DNA of 63,623 nt, the filler included, from Octopus bimaculoides (Eukaryota), in NCBI RefSeq assembly GCF_001194135.2. It is 8 parts of 7 records of this genome, joined end to end, with 100 filler letters (N's around TTAATTAATTAA, not from the genome) between each part and the next. Parts side by side here need not be neighbours in the genome. Positions count along the whole stretch, not along the records: positions 35,588 to 41,242 come from NC_068994.1; positions 41,343 to 48,533 come from NW_026393625.1; 6 more parts are not named here. One strand, 5' to 3'. Both the position numbers and the translations under genes were made by a program. The notes below the pieces were generated by a model. That model did not search any database, had not been told where the DNA came from, and was given only the letters and a program-made list of their open reading frames with translations. This document shows, piece by piece, positions 35,883 to 46,135 of this stretch. Position 1 is the first letter of the stretch. Each line of letters begins with the position of its first letter.

Positions 35883-35971
35883 ATTCCTACACATGTTTCA
35901 AAATATATGTGTGCTCTCCTCCAAAGAAGTAAGAGCTGCTGGAATTCCATATATATTCATCTTCAGGGAAT
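35883..35971 (-). ncRNA. Type I hammerhead ribozyme motif of Penelope-like-element type
   Basis: Minus strand reads ATTCC-CTGAAGA-T-GAATATATATG…CACATATATTTT-GAAA-C-ATGT-GTA-GGAAT. Stem I is ATTCC/GGAAT, both core boxes are present, stem III is palindromic ACATGT and the NUH triplet is GUA. Confidence 0.65.
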
Positions 35972-37082
35972 CAACATATAAAAGCAAGACAAATGCGAAA
36001 TGATGAGGTAGCTTACGAGCTATAATGTTACATGGCCAAGTAAGTGACCGTTAGAAGTAAGAACGCTTGTTTATATAGAGTTATAAAGGGAGTAACAATA
36101 TTACATGGCCAAGTAAGTGACCGTTAGAAGTAAGAACGCTTGTTTACATAGAGTTATAAAGGGAGGGGCTGAAAACGTAAAGCTAAAGGTTTAAATTAAA
36201 TGATTAAAATGTAAAAATGTATGTCTGTGTGTATATATTTGTCTGTTTCTGTGTGCATTTATACATGTATAAGTTTCAGAAGAAATTAGAATAATAGAAT
36301 AAAAGTCAGTAATAATGAGATTTCCCAAAAATCTATTTCCTTAATTTTTAATTACTTGTTCTGGCACACATATTTATGCAATTATGATTTTGAAGTATTT
36401 AAAAAATTATTTGGAAATTATAATGAGAAACGAATGGTAGATGCGGACTGTCCGTATTTTAAAACCACTAATTAATTTTAAAAAATTGTGTGTCAAATCT
36501 TTTTCTCCAGAAGTTCATGGCTTCATAGGAATAAGCGTGGAAAACTGCATCAAGATAACCAATTTTCAGATTTTTTACTTCCTTTTAAAAAATGCAGGTT
36601 TTGTGAATGAAACAAACTAGATCCTGAATAAGAAATGAATATATAATATGACAAATTTTCAGATTTTTTTACGTCATTTTAAAAGGGAGCTGATTTTGTG
36701 ACTCTAACCAGATCCAAGTACAGTGAATACCATCCTCCACAATTTGTTACTCATATGAAGTACATATTTATTTCAACAATTTCTATCAAATACACTCTCT
36801 TTCTTGAACATAAAAAAATCCTCTTCCCAGGTGACAATAACTTATATGTCAGATTGTTGCACAAGTTCTAGCTGTTTTGATAAGGGAAATCGGAAAGGTT
36901 TGAAATGATTTCATCGGCATTTACTTGTACCAAAGAGCACTCTTTCGATAGAGACAACACGTTGATTTCATAAGTGTCGCGTTGTGGAAATAAACGCAAT
37001 TTTGCATTTCAATTCGTTATTTCGTTTTGTTTTGTTTTTTTTTGTTTTTTTTGCATTTCAACATCTGTACTCCCGACTGCGT

Positions 37083-37513
37083 GGAGGCGCAATGGCCCAG
37101 TGGTTAGGGCAGCGGACTCGCGGTCATTGGATCGCGGTTTCGATTCCTAGACCGGGCGTTGTGAGTGTTTATTGAGCGAAAACACCTAAACCTCCACGAG
37201 GCTCCAGCAAGGGATAGTGGCGAACCCTGCTGTACTCTTTCACCACAACTTTCCCTCACTCTTACTTCCTGTTTCTGTTGTGCCTGTAATTCAAAGGGTC
37301 AGCCTTGTCACACTGTGTCACGCTGAATATCCCCGAGAACTACGTTAAGGGTACACGTGTCNNNNNNNNNNCGCTGAATATCCCCGAGAACTACGTTAAG
37401 GGTACACGTGTCTGTGGAGTGCTCAGCCATTTGCACGTTAATTTCACGAGCAGGCTGTTCCGTTGATCGGATCAACTGGAACCCTCGATGTCGTAAGCGA
37501 CGGAGTGTCAACA
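37083..37513 (+). mobile_element. SINE family B, full length with 14-bp TSD
   Basis: Perfect TSD ACTCCCGACTGCGT at 37069-37082 and 37514-37527. The internal ~50-bp duplication is a 10-N overlap artefact. Confidence 0.93.
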
Positions 37514-37839
37514 ACTCCCGACTGCGTACAAGCGCGTCCTTTATTTTTTTAATCATTATCTGCTGATATCAAAATAAATAGTATATTGAAAAATAAAATT
37601 ATTTTCTAGGGGGGTTTGGGCCAAAATGGGTTGAGAACCTATGTTCTACACTATCAACTATTAACCAGCGAATCATCCTTGTTGTCACTATCGCTAGAAT
37701 CGCTACTGTCTCATTAACTACCTGTCGGGCAAACATGCTTATTTTATCGACCCCGAAAGGATAAAAAGGCAAAGTCGACCGCGGCAGAATTTCAACTCAG
37801 AACGTAAAAACGTTCCAATGTCGATAAAATAAAGGAGTA

Positions 37840-39281
37840 TAACTACAGAAGTGTGCCCTCCCCCATCAACAATTTTGTTTCTTCCTATTTTCTGAAAAAT
37901 GGATATATTTCAATGAAATTTTCTACAAATACATTTTAGATAGTTTAGATTACGATTATATCGGAATTAGTGAAATTTTTTCTTGTTTGTTTTTTGTTTT
38001 TTTGGTGGTGTATTATTCGGATAATTCACACGCCTCGGTTGTTTCCAAACCTTTTTAATGATGTAGGTTACAAATTTGTTGTATAGAAAATTACTTTTGA
38101 GTACTATTGCACCATTTCCATTCTGAAATTTGCTAAATGATTATTTTTCGATAAAATGATATTTTTCCAGATCTACAGCATACCAAACAGCCATACCAAC
38201 AAATTCATTTTGGGTTGTTGTTTTTTGTAGTTTTTATTTTCTTTTTTTTTTTCAGATTATGCCGGTATCACCAGAAAATTTCATTTTATTTAGAAAAATA
38301 TTCAGATCTTTCTGAATTGACGGGCACCACTTGTTTTCTTAACGAAACACTTTCAAACTTGGAATATTGATATAAAACATCTTTTTCTCTTAGCCTTCTT
38401 AACAAAAATTTCTACATTGCAAGTTATTTCATGTTAAAGTTGTCGTATTTCTGTAATTTCAACCAATCACTGACATCTATTCAGCTGAATACAGTTACTG
38501 CTGTCTTTGTAAACAATAATTTTTGCCGGTGTCAAGATCGTTATTCCCTGATAATTATATCGTTAGTCCCTAGTAAGGGTTTAGGGTTGTAGGGTTAAGA
38601 TTCGGGTTTTAGGGTTAGGTTATGGCAAAAATAATCATAACCCTAACCTTAACCCTAAAACTAACCCTAGCTCTAAAACCCTAAAGCTAAAACCAGTACA
38701 AACGCACGATGTTATAAATAACAGTACTGCCGATATTTGTTGTTGACAAACGACGGCACTAATTTTATTCAAGGGAAAAGATCCCATGACACCGTTAGAA
38801 CATGTTGTTTATATTCCATAGCAGTAATTGTTTTCACCTCAATAGACGTCAGTGATTGATTGAAATTACCGAAATACGACAATTTTTTACATGAAATAAA
38901 TTCGAATACAAAAATTTTTTTTCTGTTCTATAACACAAAATATACAAGTATACGAAGTTTGAAAGTGTTTCGGTACCAAAAGCACTACATAAAACATAAA
39001 TGAAAAGTGGTGACCGTCAATTCAGAAAGATCCAAATATTCATTTAACAAATTCCAGAAGGTAAAATGTAGAATAGTCCGCAAAAGTCAAGGTGTGTGTG
39101 TGTGTGTGTGCGTGCGCGTGCAATATCCGCCGCCTCCACCTCCTTTTTCTTTTACATTAAATTCCAATATAATCAAAATTTATACTGCCTGCAAAATATC
39201 TAGAAAATTTCATTTAAAAGGTATCCATTTTTCAGAAAGTTATGAGGAAACAAATTGGAGGGGTGCGCACTTCTGTAGTTA
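37840..39281. mobile_element. Outer TIR element (non-autonomous DNA transposon)
   Basis: TAACTACAGAAGTG… / …CACTTCTGTAGTTA termini, with ~85 bp of imperfect inverted homology (37840-37924 vs ~39200-39281). Confidence 0.7.
38343..38972. mobile_element. Inner fold-back element with central inverted telomere-like repeats
   Basis: Perfect 18-bp IR (38343-38360 / 38955-38972), ~58-bp IR (38424-38481 / 38841-38899) and a central TTAGGG-like / CCCTAA-like head-to-head array. Confidence 0.75.
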
Positions 39282-40967
39282 CGCCGAAATAAAGTACCAG
39301 TCAAGTACTAACCGATTTAATTATCTATCTCCTCTTTAAAAAATGTGATTTTTGTGTCAGTATTAGAAATAGCTGTATGTGCTTTGTTGTTGAGAACCAT
39401 TTACGGCGAAGGTAAAGAATATGCACACCACCCGTTCTCGACGTTTAGAGTTAGGGTTATGCCGAAAACGGGTGGTGTGCATGTTCTTTACCTCCGCCCA
39501 TTTACCTATTACACCAATAACAAATTACTAATAATTTCAAAGCAACAATTCCAAACACCAATTGCTCTACCTATACTAAGAGCAAATAGAGTAAGAAGAA
39601 TTAATAAAGAATCTAATTCCAGTAACTACAGCTTTACATGACTTCATTTATGCCCCTTGACTAGGCGGTGTTAGGTAGCTTTTGTTCCTATAAAATCCTT
39701 AACCAGTAAATTTAAATAACTATTTTTGCTAAATGAAATGTGTTTTAATTGATTGGATAGTTTCTTTTGTTGTTGTTGATTTAATGAAAAGAAGCAATAT
39801 CATTAGAACTAACTATTTTTTTTATTTCAAATTTTTTCTTCACAAATTCAACTTCAATGCACTAGCCGTGTTGCGGTGGTAAACGAACACAGAAGACACC
39901 GATTCAATGTTGACCTTCATTGGTTACAAATATTCACAGGAGGTATTCCGATCTTAACTAATATACAAAGATGTCCAGTACTTCTATACCGAGTACCTTC
40001 CTGAAGAATGTCCTTCAAAATGGCATTGGTCGACATATATGTCAACTCCAAAGAATTACGCTGTGTTTTTGTAAGTCTCACGCTGACAGCAATGGCATGA
40101 GGTAAGATATTGAGTTATGTCAGTGTTATTTAGTCGCTAGTCAACACGATCGAGACGTTTCAACCGTGACTATCCATCAAAACTACATTACCCAATGTTG
40201 CCTACCCTTACTTTAGTAAAATTTGTCTGTTCTTTCTAGCCAAGCAAACAACCGCATAGAAGCTCTTTGTCATTTTACTAGATCTTTTAACTATACTTAT
40301 TACTCTAATACTTCCCTTTGGAAAAAGCACAAATATCACGAATTCTCACTTGTTCCATTCCATATTTACATGGTTTCGTGTCTAATTAAGAAATTATACT
40401 TTAATCTAATTGGTATGACAAACAACGAGTAATACAGACAGACTCAGCTAGAAATCTGTTTTCCATTCTTACTTCAACTTGTAACTATTTCGTTCCATAG
40501 GAGAGATGTGTGAATGTCACGTTATATTGTCTTTTGTGGGGAATCAGCTTAACTTTGCATGCTTCGATCTGAACTTATACACAGGGTCCTTACCGAGAAG
40601 CGGCAAGGTCATGTCTTGTGTGCCTGAGCGACAAAATAAATCTATGGTACTTATACGGTACTGGGTATCATATCATCTATTGATGTATTGTTCTACCATA
40701 TCCACCACCCACTACTTTGATATCCAGTGTTGTCATTTAGTTTGCCCCTGTGTCATCCATGACCAAACAAACAATGAAAATCGTTCCAGTTATGACCTTC
40801 ATGTCTTTTTGTATATACAGGATTATATTGTTAGTAGCGGGAGTGTTGCAAATGTGGTTGAGCATATAGCATTGAATGAGTTACCATTGTTGTTTAGCCT
40901 GAAATCAGCCCTGGTCCTACAGACATATGACCAGGAGCATTCCAGGTGTGACTAACCTACCCATTCA

Positions 40968-41000
<33 letters not shown>

Positions 41001-41242
41001 AACAATTGCAGCGTGGAAGGTGTTTATAAGCCATTTAAAATAACACACAAAATCCGTTAGATTCACTTCAACATTTAAATTTAATTTGTCAAAATATTTT
41101 CGTCGCTTTGAGACCGCGACCTGTTCACTGACAAAATTCTGTGCTGCTTATAAACATCCTCCACGCTGCAATTGTTTTCGTTCCAGCACACGATCTCAGA
41201 TCAGGTCACTTGCTATGCAAGTACATCTCCGTATATATATAT

Positions 41243-41342
41243 NNNNNNNNNNNNNNNNNNNNNNNNNNNNNNNNNNNNNNNNNNNNTTAATTAATTAANN
41301 NNNNNNNNNNNNNNNNNNNNNNNNNNNNNNNNNNNNNNNNNN
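41243..41342. other. Assembly join linker N44-TTAATTAATTAA-N44
   Basis: Same construct; it truncates the zinc-finger ORF. Confidence 0.95.
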
Positions 41343-41344
41343 TA

Positions 41345-43503
41345 CACAAACGTACACATACAGGAGAGAAGCCATATCATTGCGATATCTGTAGTAAATC
41401 ATTCTCTATAAGTAGTCACTTGACAGCACACAAACGTACACATACAGGAGAGAAGCCATATCATTGTGATATTTGTGGCAAATCATTCTACACAAGTGGT
41501 CAATTGACTCGTCACAAACGCATTCATACTGGAGTAAAACCATATCATTGTAATATCTGTGGTAAATCATTTTCTCAGAGTGGTTATTTGACTCAACACA
41601 ATCTTACACATACAGGAGAGAAGCCATATCATTGTGATATCTGTGGTAAATCATTCTCTCATAGTAGTGCCTTGACAAGACACAAACGTACACATACCGG
41701 AGAGAAGCCATATCATTGCGATATCTGTGGTAAATCATTCTGTGGAATTGGTAACTTGACTGTACACAAACGTTCACATACAGGAGAGAAGCCATATCAT
41801 TGCGATATCTGTGGTAAATCATACTCTCTAAGTGGTTCCTTAACTGGACACAAACGTACACATACAGGAGAGAAGCCATATCATTGCGATATCTGTGGTA
41901 AATCATTCTCTGGAAGTAGTCACTTGAGAATACACAAACTTACACATACAGGAAAGAAGACGCATCATTGTGATATTTGTGGTAAATCATTCACTCAAAG
42001 TAGTGCCTTGACTACACATAAACGTACACATACAGGAGAGAAGCCATATTATTGCGATATCTGTGGTAAATCATACTCTCTAAGTGGTACATTGACTAGT
42101 CACAAACGTACACATACTGGTGAGAAGCCATATCATTGTAATATCTGTGGTAAATCATTCGCTGCAAGTGGTCACTTGAGTAGGCACAACCGAACACATA
42201 CAGGAGAGAAGCCCTATCATTGTGATATCTGTGGTAAATCGTTCTCTGTAAGATATCACTTGACATCACACAAACGTACACATACAGGAGAAAAGCCATA
42301 TCATTGTGATACTTGTGGCAAATCATTCTCTGACAGTGGTGCCTGGACAGCACACAAACGTAAACATACAGGAGACAAGCCATTTTATTGTGATATCTGT
42401 GGTAAATCATTCTATAGTAGTCGTCAATTGACTTGTCACAAATGTATTCATACTGGAGTAAAACCATATCATTGTGATATCTGTGGTACATCTTTCTCTC
42501 AAAGTGGTGTCTTGATTAGCCACAAACGTACACATACAGGAGAGAAGCCATATCATTGTGACATTTGTGGTAAATCATTCTCTGTAAATAGTCAGTTGAC
42601 TACACACAAACGTACACATACAGGAGAGAAGCCATATCCTTGTGATATCTGTGGTAAATCATTCTGTGAAAGTGGTCAATTGACTCGGCACAAACGTACA
42701 CATACAGGAGAGAAGCCCTATCATTGTGATATCTGTGGTAAATCATTAAATGATAGTGGTGCCTTGACTGGACACAAACGAACACATACAGGAGAGAAGC
42801 CATATCATTGTGATATTTGTGGTAAATCATTCTGTGGAGGTGGTCAATTGACAGCACACAAACGTATACATACAGGAGAGAAGCCATATCATTGTGATAT
42901 TTGTGGCAAATCATTCTACACAAGTGGTCAATTGACTCGTCACAAACGCATTCATACTGGAGTAAAACCATATCATTGCAATACCTGTGGTAAATCATTC
43001 TCTCGAAGTGGTGCCTTGGTTAGTCACAAACGTACACATACAGGAGAGAAGCCATATCATTGCAATATCTGTAGTAAATCATTCTCTGTAAGTAGTCATT
43101 TGACTACACACAAACGTACACATACTGGAGAGAAGCCATATCATTGCGATATCTGTGGTAAATCATTCTCTGAAAGTGGTACGTTGACTAGTCACAAACG
43201 TTCACATACAGGAGAGAAGCCCTATCATTGTGACATTTGTGGTAAATCATACTCTGCAAGTAGTGCCTTGACTGGACACAAACGTACACATACAGGAGAG
43301 AAGCCATATCATTGCGATATCTGTGGTAAATCATTTTCTGAAAATAGCTCTTTAACTTGTCACAAACTTACACATACTGGAGAGAAGCCCTATCATTGTA
43401 ATATCTGTGGTAAATCATTCTCTCGAAGTAGTGCCTTGACTCAACATAAACGTACACATACAGGAGAGAAACCATATAATTGCGATATGTGTGGTAAATC
43501 ATT
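41345..43503 (+). CDS. Polydactyl C2H2 zinc-finger protein, main array (5' truncated, runs into gap)
   Basis: Open frame with 25 complete CxxC-x12-HxxxH fingers plus partial ones, TGEKPY linkers and 84-bp periodicity. The ORF-track start at 41420 is a TTG inside a finger, not a real start. Confidence 0.97.
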
Positions 43504-44249
43504 NNNNNNNNNNNNNNNNNNNNNNNNNNNNNNNNNNNNNNNNNNNNNNNNNNNNNNNNNNNNNNNNNNNNNNNNNNNNNNNNNNNNNNNNNNNNNNNNN
43601 NNNNNNNNNNNNNNNNNNNNNNNNNNNNNNNNNNNNNNNNNNNNNNNNNNNNNNNNNNNNNNNNNNNNNNNNNNNNNNNNNNNNNNNNNNNNNNNNNNNN
43701 NNNNNNNNNNNNNNNNNNNNNNNNNNNNNNNNNNNNNNNNNNNNNNNNNNNNNNNNNNNNNNNNNNNNNNNNNNNNNNNNNNNNNNNNNNNNNNNNNNNN
43801 NNNNNNNNNNNNNNNNNNNNNNNNNNNNNNNNNNNNNNNNNNNNNNNNNNNNNNNNNNNNNNNNNNNNNNNNNNNNNNNNNNNNNNNNNNNNNNNNNNNN
43901 NNNNNNNNNNNNNNNNNNNNNNNNNNNNNNNNNNNNNNNNNNNNNNNNNNNNNNNNNNNNNNNNNNNNNNNNNNNNNNNNNNNNNNNNNNNNNNNNNNNN
44001 NNNNNNNNNNNNNNNNNNNNNNNNNNNNNNNNNNNNNNNNNNNNNNNNNNNNNNNNNNNNNNNNNNNNNNNNNNNNNNNNNNNNNNNNNNNNNNNNNNNN
44101 NNNNNNNNNNNNNNNNNNNNNNNNNNNNNNNNNNNNNNNNNNNNNNNNNNNNNNNNNNNNNNNNNNNNNNNNNNNNNNNNNNNNNNNNNNNNNNNNNNNN
44201 NNNNNNNNNNNNNNNNNNNNNNNNNNNNNNNNNNNNNNNNNNNNNNNNN

Positions 44250-44432
44250 AAATCATTCTCACAAAATGGTAACTTGACTAAACACAAAACTACACATACA
44301 GGAGAGAAGCCATATCATTGTGATATCTGTGGTAAATCATTCTCTGTAAGTAGTCATTTGGTTCGTCACAAATGTATTAATACTGGAGAAAAACCATGTC
44401 ATCGTGATATCTGTAGTAAATCATTCTGTTAA
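44250..44432 (+). CDS. C2H2 zinc-finger gene, C-terminal end
   Basis: KSFSQNGNLTKHKTTHTGEKPYHCDICGKSFSVSSHLVRHKCINTGEKPCHRDICSKSFC*. The frame offset across the 746-N gap probably reflects gap-size error. Confidence 0.88.
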   Translation, partial: KSFSQNGNLTKHKTTHTGEKPYHCDICGKSFSVSSHLVRHKCINTGEKPCHRDICSKSFC

Positions 44433-45048
44433 AATAGTCACTTGACTAATAGCTTCATACAGGAGAGAAGCCATAACATCACAATATCTGTTGTAATTTA
44501 TTTTCTGAAAATGGTGTTTTAACAATTGTCTTTTAAAATGTTAGAGTTTCTTCTCCTCGTCAACTTTGAGATCATCAACTTCAATACTGTTAATGTGAAC
44601 CTAAAGTTGTCATCATCTGTAAAAATATTGCCTCTGAGATAACTTGATTACTGAAAATAGCTGCGGTTGGATTTTGAGGAATTTGTTAAAAAAGAATAAT
44701 GAATAAAAAGTTAGACTGTAAACACTTTGTGTTTGTTTTGTTACTGTATGTCGAGACACTGTCTCCTCTACACCTTGAATCTCTTAACTGGCACAAAGTC
44801 ACACCCTTTCGCTACTACTCTTCTCTCCTCGCAGTTGAAGGTATTTTTTGTCATCCAATGTACTTGGCGTCGCTGTTGGTGTTGGTACTACATAAAAAAA
44901 TCATTGGTGATGTTGCCAAATATACAGGCCTGGAGGTGGTGTCACAGAAAGAGCACCAACTGCTGGTGTCATGTAGAATGCATAGGTGCTGTCGCGTATG
45001 TTGCTGGAGCCACATATAAGGTACTGATGCCATTAGCATATAATATGA

Positions 45049-45155
45049 GTGGAGGCACAATGGTCCAGTGGTTAGGGCAGCAGACTCGCGGTCATAAGAT
45101 CGTGGTTTTGCTTCCCAGACCGGGCGTTGTGAGTGTTTATTGAGTGAAAACACCT
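45049..45155 (+). mobile_element. SINE family B head
   Basis: tRNA-like head; remainder in gap. Confidence 0.85.
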
Positions 45156-45886
45156 NNNNNNNNNNNNNNNNNNNNNNNNNNNNNNNNNNNNNNNNNNNNN
45201 NNNNNNNNNNNNNNNNNNNNNNNNNNNNNNNNNNNNNNNNNNNNNNNNNNNNNNNNNNNNNNNNNNNNNNNNNNNNNNNNNNNNNNNNNNNNNNNNNNNN
45301 NNNNNNNNNNNNNNNNNNNNNNNNNNNNNNNNNNNNNNNNNNNNNNNNNNNNNNNNNNNNNNNNNNNNNNNNNNNNNNNNNNNNNNNNNNNNNNNNNNNN
45401 NNNNNNNNNNNNNNNNNNNNNNNNNNNNNNNNNNNNNNNNNNNNNNNNNNNNNNNNNNNNNNNNNNNNNNNNNNNNNNNNNNNNNNNNNNNNNNNNNNNN
45501 NNNNNNNNNNNNNNNNNNNNNNNNNNNNNNNNNNNNNNNNNNNNNNNNNNNNNNNNNNNNNNNNNNNNNNNNNNNNNNNNNNNNNNNNNNNNNNNNNNNN
45601 NNNNNNNNNNNNNNNNNNNNNNNNNNNNNNNNNNNNNNNNNNNNNNNNNNNNNNNNNNNNNNNNNNNNNNNNNNNNNNNNNNNNNNNNNNNNNNNNNNNN
45701 NNNNNNNNNNNNNNNNNNNNNNNNNNNNNNNNNNNNNNNNNNNNNNNNNNNNNNNNNNNNNNNNNNNNNNNNNNNNNNNNNNNNNNNNNNNNNNNNNNNN
45801 NNNNNNNNNNNNNNNNNNNNNNNNNNNNNNNNNNNNNNNNNNNNNNNNNNNNNNNNNNNNNNNNNNNNNNNNNNNNNNNNNNNNNN

Positions 45887-46135
45887 CTGAACGAAGCCCG
45901 TTGTATATATGTATGTATAGATGTATATATATGTTTATGTGTCTGTGTTCGTCCTCCTAGCATTGCTTGACAACCGATGCTGGCGTGTTTAAGTCCCCGT
46001 AACTTAGCGATTTGGCAAAAAGAGACCGATAGAATAAGTACTAGGCTTACAAAGAATAAGTCCCGGGGTCGATTTGCTCGACTAAAAGGCGGTGCTCCAG
46101 CATGGCCGCAGTCAAGTGACTGAAACAAATAATAG
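45887..46135 (+). mobile_element. SINE family A, 3' half
   Basis: Microsatellite plus near-consensus tail. Confidence 0.88.

Noticed and set aside
38575-38694. Genuine ancestral telomere-telomere fusion site
   Set aside because: The repeats are short and degenerate and are centred in symmetric TIRs, which favours a transposon origin. Kept only as a structural finding.
41604-42998. Antisense repetitive ORFs (MIYHRYRNDMASLL…)
   Set aside because: They are the shadow of the 84-bp zinc-finger periodicity on the opposite strand.
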